From the NCBI GenBank assembly GCA_963779615.1, contig CAVZZA010000005.1:544001-608000 (forward strand): DNA of 64,000 nt, in the 5' to 3' direction. Position 1 is the first letter of the stretch, and each line of letters begins with the position of its first letter. Shown in pieces: positions 32,569 through 43,418 of the stretch. Source of the stretch: an uncultured Nitrososphaeraceae archaeon (GTDB taxonomy: Archaea > Thermoproteota > Nitrososphaeria > Nitrososphaerales > Nitrososphaeraceae). Made by a program: the position numbers and the translations under genes. A model generated the notes under the pieces. It made no database searches and was not told the DNA's origin. It worked only from the letters and a program-made list of their open reading frames with translations.

Positions 32569-33130
32569 TTATCTCCCTATAGACGATACGCGCCTGCCAG
32601 TGACACCTGCCACTAATATCTGGACACCATTTATTAGTAGTGATATTGCCAGTAGTATCCCCAAGAAAACAGCGCCCAGCAATGGAGATGCAAATATCAT
32701 TATGGACAGCCCAATAGCTATTGCACCCGCTACAACACTGAATGCTCTGGATCCCTTGCTGATTGATTTGTCCCCAATTCCATGAACTATCCTTGCTATA
32801 CCATCAAAAAACAACGCAACAGCCAGCAAAAACATCAAAAATACGGTAGTGCCAACAGGATGTGCCATGACAATAATGGACACTATGAGAACAAGGACCC
32901 CAAGACCAACAACACCCCATCGCGACTTGCCCGGGGTAGGGCTGAAAATTCCGACTAAGATCCTTTCGATTGCAAGCACAAACAAAACAATTGCAAGCAC
33001 ATATACAACAGAGATGAATGTAAATGCAGGAAAAGCAAGAACATAGAATGATAACACTATTGCTATTATGCCCAAGCCAATCTGTACGGCACGTAACCAG
33101 CCTGGTGATTTTCGTTTCTGAAATAGACAT
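32569..33130 (-). CDS. HdeD/DUF308 family membrane protein (paralog of 17183), apparent +1 frameshift at codon 7
   Basis: KSPGWLRAVQIGLG matches the paralog KSPGWVRIAQIGLG. ATG at 33130 gives MSISETK/SPGW if one A is removed from the run at 33109-33112. Confidence 0.85.
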
Positions 33131-33386
33131 CTGTGCATGGAAACGAATTTTTACTATATAAGCATTAAAGACCATTTAACCCATTTTACCATGAAAAATC
33201 AGAAAGAACACGGCAAAACAGCGCGTTTTCACACTTGCTCATTCATCGTTTCTTATTTTGGTGTCGATTTAATCTAATCAAAGTAAAACATATTCTACTA
33301 CAGAACTTCAAAAACACTAGACATTAGATCTTGCATAATTAGAAACAGTATGCCCCATCATCATGGCAATGACTGATGATGTCCAT

Positions 33387-33625
33387 CTAAAAAGGTGACA
33401 ATGCTCTGTGGTTTACCGGTCCTGATACTATTCCAGACACCCTGCCATAATTTCTCAATTTGTTTCTGAAGGCATTGCTCATTATCCCATACTTTTTCAT
33501 TCTGCAAATGGTGTGCTCTATCACGATCCTTTTTCCGGAGTGGTTCTGGTTGCACTCTTTTTTCTCTTGATACAGATCTTTTTGGCTTCTCTTCTTTCTG
33601 TTCGGTATTCCATATAAACAAATAC
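33387..33625 (-). mobile_element. C-terminal remnant of an IS5-like (DDE_Tnp_4) transposase
   Basis: P.RKKR....QEKKE.N..HS.KRIVIEHTICRMKKY.IM...FRNKL..Y......SG.VN.R contains the R-x3-E-x6-K DDE signature. N-terminal D residues and terminal inverted repeats were not found. Confidence 0.75.
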
Positions 33626-33721
33626 AAAAAAAAATAATTGTTGATTTTGAATTAACAAAATCGCCCCGCTGATACAATTATAGAACTTGAGGGCAAATAC
33701 AAACGCCCAAAGCCTGCGACG

Positions 33722-34957
33722 ATGAGGGACAAGAAATGTCAGGTTGTATACATGACAAACAAACTGCAAAGGCATACATTAGAGTCATTTTGGAATAACG
33801 ACCTGACAAATCAGGAGGAGGGACTACACCATTATCCAGTGCGTACACATTTTGAGAAAACGATGGGCCAAACAGTAAAATTTTTTAAGGGACTAAACAA
33901 TGAGCAGGGACATCCGGCAATTTTGGGCATAGAGGCATTCAATGAACCCCATCCAGCGGGGATAGACAAGAATCGCTTTGAAAAAGAGGTACTTTACCAA
34001 TATTACATGAATGTTTACTCTGAAATTAGAAAATATGACGATAGGCTGTTTTTGTTTATCGAGCCCAGAGTGGATTGGACTGTTTCTACAAAGGAGGATA
34101 AAAAGTCTGCCTTTGGCGGGCCGGTCAAATTTAAAAACCTGTTCAACGTTAACTTTATCCGCGATGTGATGGTGGAAGGCAAAATGAATCCAAAAAACAT
34201 GCAAAGTTATTTGCCATCCGACGCCCATTCGCTGTCGCCCATAACCCAAAGGGGAGTGTTTTCTTTCCATTACTATGACACAATGGCAATAGCGGGGTCT
34301 TTCCTTAAGGTCCCAGAAAACCTCTATAGAATTAAACGAGAATGGCCAAACATATTTGAACAACTGGTTGAGGCGGCGGTAGAGCGCAACCTTATCCCCT
34401 TTCTGACGGAATTTGGAGGGTTACAGGAAAGTGAGCAAATCAGGGAATATTTGGATTTGAATTTTATCCAAATAGAATCCTTTCTCATCAATTCAACGCT
34501 ATGGAATTATGACCTGTACAATACAGAAGAGGGAAAAGACAATTGGAATTTAGAGAACTATTCCGTTCTTGGGCCTAACAGGGTTCCCAGGAACACCGAT
34601 GTCATCTCAAGGCCCTATCCCATGCGCAGTTCGGCAGAACCTAAACTCTTGTTCTTTGACATCAAAACAAAGTATGCATCAGTTATCTTGGAAGGAACGG
34701 TAGAAGCTCCTAATCACCCCACCATGGTATACGTTCCATTCAACACCCATTATTTGCCCGAGTTTTTTGTATGGGCAACCAGTGATGAGATAGAATGGGA
34801 CAAGCAAAGCCAAATTTTGCATTGGTATCCCAATAGGGATTGCGCAGTAAATGCAATAATCCTTGGAAAGGATAGCGTAATGGATGAGAGTGCATTACCA
34901 AAATTGGTAAAAAAAGTGGCAGATGAAAGCAGTCTTTTCAGCCGAAAGTTTTCGTGA
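33722..34957 (+). CDS. Glycoside hydrolase family 5 (endoglycoceramidase-like), probably 5'-truncated
   Basis: NEP acid/base (EAFNEPHP), SFHYYD, nucleophile FLTEFGG, RPYP. The N-terminal third of the GH5 barrel appears to be missing next to the IS remnant. Confidence 0.8.
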   Translation: MRDKKCQVVYMTNKLQRHTLESFWNNDLTNQEEGLHHYPVRTHFEKTMGQTVKFFKGLNNEQGHPAILGIEAFNEPHPAGIDKNRFEKEVLYQYYMNVYSEIRKYDDRLFLFIEPRVDWTVSTKEDKKSAFGGPVKFKNLFNVNFIRDVMVEGKMNPKNMQSYLPSDAHSLSPITQRGVFSFHYYDTMAIAGSFLKVPENLYRIKREWPNIFEQLVEAAVERNLIPFLTEFGGLQESEQIREYLDLNFIQIESFLINSTLWNYDLYNTEEGKDNWNLENYSVLGPNRVPRNTDVISRPYPMRSSAEPKLLFFDIKTKYASVILEGTVEAPNHPTMVYVPFNTHYLPEFFVWATSDEIEWDKQSQILHWYPNRDCAVNAIILGKDSVMDESALPKLVKKVADESSLFSRKFS

Positions 34958-35228
34958 TTTGCATTCCCAATGTCCGCACATACCAAAGAAGTTATGTTTT
35001 GCCTTGGCATGCAGATAAACAATCGAACAGGGTCTGCATGGCACATGTAATAAAACTTTAATTTGATTAACATGTTCGTAATTTTTCAAAAACAAATCCA
35101 TATGTCTTTAATGCATAGTTTTCATGAAACGACAGAATACATCTTGACACGGGGTTGATAAATTTGTGATCTATTCTGATTATCTGCACTCTTAATCAAA
35201 TTAAATAGCATTCATCATCATAAAACAC

Positions 35229-35615
35229 ATGGATCAGGCAAACCCATTTCCTAGAGGGTACCATTCTATAAGTCCCTATTTGGTCGTAAAGAACATCTCT
35301 GATTTTATTAGTTTTCTCAAGGAGGTATTTCAAGCCACAGAGGTTATAAGGCTACTAGAAGATAATGAAACATATGCCGAAGTAAAAATTGGAGATTCGA
35401 TATTAATGATGGTTGAGCCAAGAGAAAATGCAAAAACGCCCAATTGCATTCTTTGGGTATACGTATTTGATGTTGAGGATGTGTATCAAAAAGCGCTGAC
35501 AAATGGTTCAACATCGTTGATGAAACCTACCTTTAAGTATGGAACAGATAAAATAGCCATCATAAACGATCCTTTTGGCATTCAATGGCGTATAGCATCC
35601 TACAGGAAAGGGTGA
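35229..35615 (+). CDS. VOC/glyoxalase family protein (PhnB-like)
   Basis: P.GYHSISPYLVV, AEVKIGDS.LM, YV.DVE.VY.KAL..G, DPFG..W.IA. Confidence 0.9.
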   Translation: MDQANPFPRGYHSISPYLVVKNISDFISFLKEVFQATEVIRLLEDNETYAEVKIGDSILMMVEPRENAKTPNCILWVYVFDVEDVYQKALTNGSTSLMKPTFKYGTDKIAIINDPFGIQWRIASYRKG

Positions 35616-36037
35616 CACCAAATATCAGAGAATCAAACCTCATCAGGTAATCATTACTGAAAAAATTTGCACCTATCCCCATACAAAAAAACCGTTACTT
35701 TTCAAATGCCCATAATAAAATTATCAGGAAAGGTCAAGACTATGCTTATACCAAAACACCCACCTTAATTTCCTTTTCTCCAAATATTGCTTATTGCTCG
35801 CTTTATTTTCTGGTGTCAATGCACATTGTTTGGCGTATTGATAAATAAAGCTCAAAGTCATGCAACAAACAAAATAAACAGTCAAATGTAGCATTTATAC
35901 AAAAAACCTCAAAGGAGTTTACATCAAAATAACCATCGACAATTAACACAGCTTATTTTCACGATTATTTTTGTTCTTTGTCCAGAATTAGTGGCTATTG
36001 GATATGCTAATAAATTATTGTTTAGCATACAATACAG

Positions 36038-36556
36038 GTGAAGGGAAAACACGGCAGCAAGATAACAGGCACCGCTGCAAAATTTTACGCAAAGTATGAG
36101 AATGCCATATCTTTGAATAAAAACCTGTTGGTTTCTGGCACTATTGGGTTTGCCATCAGCATTGTTGTGGCATATGCATATGCACATTACTCCACTAACA
36201 ATTTTGACAATTCCGCATTGACTGTGGTAGTAGGATACACAACATCCAAAACGATTTTCGCAATCCTTTTCCACAACGACAACAAGAAAACATACACAAA
36301 AAAACTAAGCGGGAAAATCAATTTCCACATATTGAAGCAAATAGTGGAAAAGATGATGTTTGCCAATTCCGTGTTTGACATCATCAACAATTTGACGAGA
36401 TTCATCGTTTTATACGAGTTGTTAAGAGTGGAATTTCCGCCAGTACAGGCTGCGGCAATATCATCAATTGCAGCTTCATCTTTGTCCTATTTGGCAATAA
36501 ACCTGATTGTAAAACGTATCAATGTGTTTGGTTCAAAAAAGAAAAAGATATTTTAA
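36038..36556 (+). CDS. Hypothetical membrane protein (GtrA-like topology)
   Basis: 172 aa, 3-4 TM segments, basic C-terminus. Confidence 0.65.
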   Translation: MKGKHGSKITGTAAKFYAKYENAISLNKNLLVSGTIGFAISIVVAYAYAHYSTNNFDNSALTVVVGYTTSKTIFAILFHNDNKKTYTKKLSGKINFHILKQIVEKMMFANSVFDIINNLTRFIVLYELLRVEFPPVQAAAISSIAASSLSYLAINLIVKRINVFGSKKKKIF

Positions 36557-36661
36557 AAGATTGCATGATACCAACGTCATTATGGATCTATTCCATATTT
36601 CAAGATAAAAAAAACCGGAGCAAAGACGATGATCCATTAAATAGGACTGTTTTTTTTATCT

Positions 36662-37852
36662 TCAGTCTCCCTGATCCTTTTCATCCCCTTCTGAATAATC
36701 AGCGGTATCAGTTATTCCGGCTATGGCATTATTAGACAGGACATTGTTTTTGGAGTCATCAGAGGATTCAATACCTTTTGTAGCGTTAATTAGGGTGTTG
36801 TTGTAAACCCTGTTGTCAAAAGAGTTGTGATAGAGATAAATTCCCTGGCTGCCGCAGTTTGTTGCAGTATTGTTATACACTTGGTTGTTGTGGGATTGGG
36901 ACAGGAATATGCATTTTGACTCATTCTGCACATCATTGTTCCTAGCAATAGAATCATGCATATTTCTGCTGAACATTATGCCAGAGCCTGAGCTGTTGTA
37001 CACTTTGTTGCCCTCTATTGTTATGTTATAGCAGTCAAGCGAGCAGATTATCCCCATTGCCCCATGGTCATGCACAGTGTTGTTTCTTATTACCATATCA
37101 TGTGTTCCAGTGTGGGGGTCAAAGCCATACATAAAGTTGTGGTGCACATGATTGCTCACAAGAACCAGGTTTCCGACACCAACCGAATAAAACCCAAAAC
37201 GATTGTGGTGTATCTCATTATTCTTGATAACGCTTGTGCCAGTGTTGCCATAGTAGCTTATGCCAGAGCAGCCACCGCCACATTCGTATCCCAAGTATGC
37301 GATTTCAGAATTAGTAATATTTGTGGTGCCTGTGGCTTCATCTTCTACTATTATGTATGGCCTTGGTACCGCATCTATGCCGGTATGTTGGTGTTCTCTG
37401 TCTGGCAACACATCAAACTCAAATTTAGCATAATCCTTGGCAATAGGATCCCAAGAGGTTATTTTCACAGAGTCAATCTTTAGGCTACCAAGTACCGTAA
37501 TGGGATATGCTGTTTTTCCATCCGATGCTATCTTTAGCCATTTGGTGTCCTTTGAATCTATGACCAAGGTAGAACCTTTTTCAACTTGCATGCCAGCATT
37601 TAATATCCATATGTTACCAGATCCATCTTCCTTCCTTAGTATATCCTGATTTTGCAATTTGTTAAATATGTCTGTAAGATGGATTGGTGACAAGCAGGAG
37701 ATTGAAATTAATTGTTCAGCGGAATCATAGTTAATGCAGTTACTTTGGCTGATTTGTTGCGCAAACACGTCAAAATCAAGAAAACCTGTCAGGAATAAAA
37801 CCGGTGTGACAAATATCAATATCTTTACAGAGAAATTTAATACCGATGCCAA
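36662..37852 (-). CDS. Secreted right-handed beta-helix protein (NosD/AlgG mannuronan C5-epimerase-like)
   Basis: Signal peptide; NSEIAYLGY, repeated N-x-V-H-x-N parallel beta-helix turns; YGFDPH matches the AlgG catalytic Y-G-[IF]-D-P-H motif. Confidence 0.82.
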   Translation of the reverse strand: MASVLNFSVKILIFVTPVLFLTGFLDFDVFAQQISQSNCINYDSAEQLISISCLSPIHLTDIFNKLQNQDILRKEDGSGNIWILNAGMQVEKGSTLVIDSKDTKWLKIASDGKTAYPITVLGSLKIDSVKITSWDPIAKDYAKFEFDVLPDREHQHTGIDAVPRPYIIVEDEATGTTNITNSEIAYLGYECGGGCSGISYYGNTGTSVIKNNEIHHNRFGFYSVGVGNLVLVSNHVHHNFMYGFDPHTGTHDMVIRNNTVHDHGAMGIICSLDCYNITIEGNKVYNSSGSGIMFSRNMHDSIARNNDVQNESKCIFLSQSHNNQVYNNTATNCGSQGIYLYHNSFDNRVYNNTLINATKGIESSDDSKNNVLSNNAIAGITDTADYSEGDEKDQGD

Positions 37853-38777
37853 GTTATAATATTTTAATACAAAAGCAAAGTATTTACAGCTTTTATTTTA
37901 GAATATAGTAAAATAACACAATTGTCTGGACATTATTCCCAGTTTCACATTATTTTTATTCTCTTTTGTGAAGAAATATGGTTCTAATATTGATTCTAAT
38001 AGGGTTCAACAACTTTCTCAACAGACGCCAATTCAACTAATCCTTTTAAAATAAAATAATAATTTTAAGTGTTGTTCTAAGCCAAGGGGGCTAATGCCGA
38101 TATCGGTTCTCTAAAATAGATTCTATTTTTTATAGCATAATGTATCATTTAAAGATTAAGTAAAATTTAATTTCCAAAGTTATTAATAAGCAGCAACATC
38201 GTTTGGCACGACTAGAGTTTGGTCCGCAGGTTTAGCGGCGAGAATTCGACAGTTCCAAATGTCTATATCTACAATCATTTTCTTTTTCTTAGCCATTTTG
38301 TCTTTTTCACCCTGTTGATACAATCAGTACACTGCAAGTCATATTTTGATATATCAACTGGCTTCTGGACCAGTATTACCTTACGATACTTTTTACATTC
38401 TAACATGTTAATCATTGTTACATCCTGTTCTTGTTCATTGTTCCCATACGCCTCAAGACGGTCCAATTCATGAATAGTTATCTAATGCTGTTTTTACGGT
38501 TGTCAAAGTTTCTCTGTTCTATTGATGCTTTGTTCTTTTATCTATTGACTGATGCTTGTTCTCAAGTTACTCGTCGCGTGAAATTGCATGTAGTGTTTGC
38601 TTTATTTATTCATCTTCTTTTCCCAATGGAGTCGATTACTGTAGTTGACTGCTTAGCAATTCCCTACTATATGGAAATGTAAGTGAGAATAAGTTATAAT
38701 AAACAACCACAGGTTTACAGAACACTTTTGAAACTCTTAAATAATAAGCGACTACAAATTTTTTGTATAGATATGCT

Positions 38778-39728
38778 ATGAAAGCAGGAATACTCTTGCC
38801 ACATCTTGGAGAATCTGCTACAAGAGAAAACGTTCTGCATATTGCAAAGGAGGCTGAAAAGGAAGGCCTTGATTCTGTTTGGGTACTCGAACGGCTTTTG
38901 TGGTCAGTCAAGCCCCAGACACCATATGGTGGAACGCCTGATGGCACTCTTCCAGTTGAATACCAATATGTACCTGACCCGCTGGAGACGCTTACCTACG
39001 TGGCAGGCAATACCGACAAAATTTCTTTAGGTACTTCTATAATTGATATGCTGTTTCATAATCCAGTAGTACTGGCAAAGCGATTTGCAACACTCGATAT
39101 CCTGTCGCAGGGACGGGTTATTGCAGGCCTAGGACTTGGATGGTCAAAAGACGAGTACGAAGTTTCCGGTATACCTTACAAATCCAGAGGAGAAAGGGCA
39201 AACGAATTTTTGCAATTGCTAAAGCGAATTTGGACTGATGAGATGGTTGAATTTAAAGGTCAATTCTACTCTCTACCAGCCTCAAAAATTGGACCAAAGC
39301 CTGTGCAGAAACCTCATCCTCCAATACTGATTGGCGGATTCAGTCCAAAGGCATTTTCACGAATAGTAAGCTATGCGGATGGCTGGTTGCCAGTTGCTGG
39401 ATTTGGGCCATTAGAACCGATTGAACAAGCTATAAACGGCTTGAGAGAAGGCGCAAGAAAAGCCAACAAAGACCCTTCAAAGATTCGTGTATTTGTGTTG
39501 ACATATCCAAATGTGCTGGACTCACCGTCGTCTTCTCCAACTTCCTCCTCCTCAGAGCAACAGAGATTGCCCATGACAGGTACGATTGACCAAATTGGAA
39601 CTGACATTGATCAAATCAAAGCGATGGGCGCAGAGCACATAATATTTGGTCATGTCTTTTCTCCAATAGGTAAGGATATGAATAAGATGATCGAGATAAC
39701 AAAACAGCTTGCTGGGTTTGCTAAATAA
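38778..39728 (+). CDS. LLM-class F420-dependent oxidoreductase (luciferase-like)
   Basis: AE..G.DSVWV, DPLE.L.YVA..T.KI.LGTS, LD.LS.GR..GLG.GW...EY, PKPVQKPHPPI.IGG. Confidence 0.92.
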   Translation: MKAGILLPHLGESATRENVLHIAKEAEKEGLDSVWVLERLLWSVKPQTPYGGTPDGTLPVEYQYVPDPLETLTYVAGNTDKISLGTSIIDMLFHNPVVLAKRFATLDILSQGRVIAGLGLGWSKDEYEVSGIPYKSRGERANEFLQLLKRIWTDEMVEFKGQFYSLPASKIGPKPVQKPHPPILIGGFSPKAFSRIVSYADGWLPVAGFGPLEPIEQAINGLREGARKANKDPSKIRVFVLTYPNVLDSPSSSPTSSSSEQQRLPMTGTIDQIGTDIDQIKAMGAEHIIFGHVFSPIGKDMNKMIEITKQLAGFAK

Positions 39729-40147
39729 CAAAGGTACCTCGTCATCAGAAAAGGAAAATAAATTTATCAAGTTGCGGCCAAACGAACGTATTATATATTT
39801 CAACCGGGAAAAATGGAACAGATTGAAGTAGAATTTAATGGTATTTACCAGCCTCTTTTATACGACTGCTGTTTTATTGCAAAATATATTTACTCAAGCG
39901 GTTGTCTTGGCTTTGGTGATCCAGTTGCGTTTTACACAATTTTTCACGATGTTTTTCAACTGCTTCGCTATTAGGAGTATAAAGAAAACGGGAGGATAAT
40001 CCAAATTCTTCGTTGTAAAGTATGTTCAAAACCTTGACACATAGTTCATCTTCAGGAAGATCGGTATTTCTTTAATTCACCTTCAGTATAATTGCCAAGA
40101 GAGTAGACATCAAGTAATATCAGCAAGTCTCTTTTCCTTGATATTGT

Positions 40148-40330
40148 TTAGTATTCAAAGTCAAATGAAGATGATGACCCTGGCCATATGGCATAGTTAT
40201 TTATTACATCATTTGTTCCATCAGGGTACGCTACTGTCACTCTATACACTCCTGATGGAAGACTGAAACCATTTTACCATCAATAGAAACAAATGAATTT
40301 GCAGTAAAACCTCCTTTTTTCTGTACCTGG
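40148..40330 (-). pseudogene. Remnant of a small beta-sandwich (carboxypeptidase-regulatory-like) domain gene
   Basis: Manual translation NGFSLPSGVYRVTVAYPDGTNDVINNYAIWPGSSSSFDFEY*, with the typical LpsG.Y.V.v motif; frame broken upstream. Confidence 0.35.
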
Positions 40331-41169
40331 CGATAAGTAATACGTAGTTTCACAATATGTTTATTTTATGATTGTAATGGTTGAACATAATTATTTTTGC
40401 TTTTTTTTATATCCGTATAACATTAATGTTATTAATAGACAATAAATCTCAAGATCCTTATATCCTTTAGATACTAAATATAGAGTACGACTTCATCATC
40501 AGAATCTAGAACAGTCTCTTCAGGATTTACCTGTGATTAATGCGGAATTACTTTTGACAATATGAATGACAAAGAAGAACACATAAAATTATAACATTCA
40601 GAACATAAACCACCAAGCGGTTCAGGATAAACTTCTAATACCGCCTATCGAAATCCAATCTATTGTCAAAAACATAACCATTTTTTTTACCACTGAAAAT
40701 CAAAGCATGATTTAAACAAATTTTATTTTTCATTTCTCTTAATCGAACAGAACTCTAAAGATATGTTGTTTCCCTATCAAAAACAGCATAAAAAACAACA
40801 TAAATAGCAATAAAAAAATGTAGTAACGTAGATAGCAGTTAAGAAAAGGTCGTAACACGCATAGCAAAACTCGTTTCCATATAAACCAACTATATAGCAA
40901 TATCAGTTGTTGGATCATCATTTCCATGAGTTCTTTCTATTAATATAACATTACCATCAAAAATATCAAGCATAAAATAATTGTTCAAAAATGTTAACAA
41001 GAAATGCTTATTGTTGGAAATGGAAGAAATCAGTAGAATTGAGATGTTAAAAACAGATAAGATGACGGCAGTTCAGTTTCCGGAAAGTAAAGATGGTTTC
41101 CGTAATTTAAACAAACAAACAAAGGAAAAAGAAAAATTAATGGAATAGTAAACCTTTGGCCAATAAACA

Positions 41170-41688
41170 TTATGATGTACCTATTTTATTTTTACTCATC
41201 AACTTTCTGGCCATAAACACATCAGCTCTATAATCATCGTTATAGCGAGGTATATCCATAAAACCATTCTTTAAGTACAGTTTTATGGCTGCTTGCAAAT
41301 CCCTTGAACTATATAAATAGATGTTTGTATAACCTGACTTTTTTGCATAGTCAAGCACAACATCAAGCATCATCTGCCCAATTCCCAATCCCCTATACCG
41401 CTTCAACACGAACATTCTCTTTAGTTCGCAAGTAGAAACAATTTGCCTTAGATTTCTTATTGCCACTGTACCAACTATTTGGTTATTATCATTGTCAACT
41501 TTTTCAACAACCCAAAAGCATCCACCGTTATCTTTGTTATAATGCTGGTTTATATTTAGCAAATCTGAATCAAGCCCATCTAATTTAAGTTGAATGTTAA
41601 ACTGATTGACAACTATGTCTGCTATAAGGTTTACAACAGTTTCCAGATTGTTATCCGACAGATCTCTCACCCTAAAGGATTGTGGCAA
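41170..41688 (-). CDS. GNAT family N-acetyltransferase
   Basis: IVGTVAI, CELKRMFV...YRGLGIG, A..LY.KNGF..IPRYN. Confidence 0.9.
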   Translation of the reverse strand: MPQSFRVRDLSDNNLETVVNLIADIVVNQFNIQLKLDGLDSDLLNINQHYNKDNGGCFWVVEKVDNDNNQIVGTVAIRNLRQIVSTCELKRMFVLKRYRGLGIGQMMLDVVLDYAKKSGYTNIYLYSSRDLQAAIKLYLKNGFMDIPRYNDDYRADVFMARKLMSKNKIGTS

Positions 41689-41848
41689 GCATACTTCTTC
41701 TCCTTAGTTAGCTATTTACTGAAGTGCTAAATAGCATGCATGGTTATCAAACTCCTTTTTTATTGGTGATGTTATAGACGGTGACTGAAAATTCTGGAAT
41801 TATATGCACAGGGACATCCTCTGCTTGTTCTGGTATAATAAACATTTA

Positions 41849-42289
41849 TCAGGTACTTTTGGAAGCTTTCTTTTGCCTAAAATAAAATAACAGAACTACA
41901 ACTAATATGGATATTACCGCAGGCAAAACCATCAAAACATTAAAGAAATTCAAAGGTATTCTGCATGAAAGGGAGCTTATAATCAATATTGTGGTTGCAA
42001 TAACTAGTGCAAAACCAATATTTGTAAATAAACTTGCGATTCTAATATGTGAAATAATAAGAATAGAGGAAATGGAAAAAGGTATTATCAGTATACCGAC
42101 GGAAATTACAACGGCAATTTGGGCCTGCTCACTAGTCAGGTGGAATCCAAAAGAGCATTTTTCGGAATCTATATCAAAAATAGTTGTAGGCGGAAGCTGT
42201 ACCGCAATGGAGAAAAAGATAAAAATCGATCCTATAATACCAGCATTAACTGCCAATAAATGAAAATCATTTGGTGTGAAATTAGACAT
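41849..42289 (-). CDS. Hypothetical membrane protein
   Basis: 146 aa with four hydrophobic helices. Confidence 0.6.
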   Translation of the reverse strand: MSNFTPNDFHLLAVNAGIIGSIFIFFSIAVQLPPTTIFDIDSEKCSFGFHLTSEQAQIAVVISVGILIIPFSISSILIISHIRIASLFTNIGFALVIATTILIISSLSCRIPLNFFNVLMVLPAVISILVVVLLFYFRQKKASKST

Positions 42290-42543
42290 CTCCGTAACTC
42301 AATTGTTGAATTAATAATCTATCTATCTATCTATCTATTTCTTTTTTGTTTATCCATTTTTAGATGGTAAAATTTGTTTAGGAAGAAGAGTTTTTTATGT
42401 TAGATAAACTATTTGTTGTCCTTGTTTTTACCTCTTGGATTATTGTATATAATTTATAAAGAGATTCTCACCCTGTTAATTTCCTATTGTGCCTCCATGT
42501 TTACAAACCATTGTGTATAATATAGTATAATGACCTGTTTCTA

Positions 42544-43251
42544 TTGTTGAAATGGTCTATTGAGGATTTTGTATATGGTGCAACAGATGGTGCTGTTACA
42601 ACTTTTGCAATTGTAGCGGGAGTGGTGGGAGCTTCGCTTTCTCCTTCTGTTGTTTTAATATTGGGATTTGCAAACCTGTTTGCAGATGGTTTTTCGATGG
42701 CCATAGGCAACTATCTATCGGCAAAATCAAGAATTGAATATGTTGAAAGACAAAGAAAGAGAGAAGAATGGGAGATTAAACTTAATACTGCTCAAAAAAT
42801 ACAGGAGATCAAAGATATCTATTCGGACAAGGGATTTAAAGGCGAGTTACTTGAAAGTATTGCAAAAGTCATTATTTCAAACAGAAAGGTTTGGGTTGAT
42901 ACCATGATGGAAGAGAAAATAGGACCAATAGACAATAACAATGAAAATCCGATATACAAAGCAATTACAACTTTTTTTGCTTTTTATTTAGTTGGTTTAA
43001 TTCCACTGATTCCGTTTATTTATGTATACTTTGTTTATTTTGATTTGTCGCATTCGATAAATAAAATAGACAATGTCTTTCTCTATTCAATTATATTTAC
43101 TGCGATTTCCTTCTTTTCAATTGGACTAGTAAAAGGAAAAGTTGTTAACAAATCACCTGTAAAATCCGGATTAAATACATTAATTATTGGTGGAGTTGCT
43201 GCCGTAGTAGCTTTTTTAGTTGGAAGTCTACTGGGTGCATATGTAAAATAA
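42544..43251 (+). CDS. VIT1/CCC1 family Fe/Mn transporter
   Basis: VYGATDGAVTTFAIVAG, ANLFADGFSMA.GNYLS, G.IPLIPF. Confidence 0.92.
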   Translation: MLKWSIEDFVYGATDGAVTTFAIVAGVVGASLSPSVVLILGFANLFADGFSMAIGNYLSAKSRIEYVERQRKREEWEIKLNTAQKIQEIKDIYSDKGFKGELLESIAKVIISNRKVWVDTMMEEKIGPIDNNNENPIYKAITTFFAFYLVGLIPLIPFIYVYFVYFDLSHSINKIDNVFLYSIIFTAISFFSIGLVKGKVVNKSPVKSGLNTLIIGGVAAVVAFLVGSLLGAYVK

Positions 43252-43418
43252 GAAAAACATCTTCGTTAAATGCCTACAAAATTGAACCTGTAATTTCTAA
43301 TTAAACAGGTGGCTTGGAAACACAGGAGGCATTTTCTTTTATTTTTTTATAAATTAAGGAATTGTATTCTTTTAAATACCCTCCAAAATATAATGTGTTT
43401 CCAGGTTAAGCAGATCCA

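Noticed and set aside
38080-38260. GC-richer patches as a possible tRNA or ncRNA
   Set aside because: I could not fold a cloverleaf or find a properly placed T-loop or acceptor stem.
42315-42338. (ATCT)n microsatellite and similar short tracts (17148-17173, 30975-31015, 31535-31560)
   Set aside because: Short intergenic low-complexity runs with no evidence of function.
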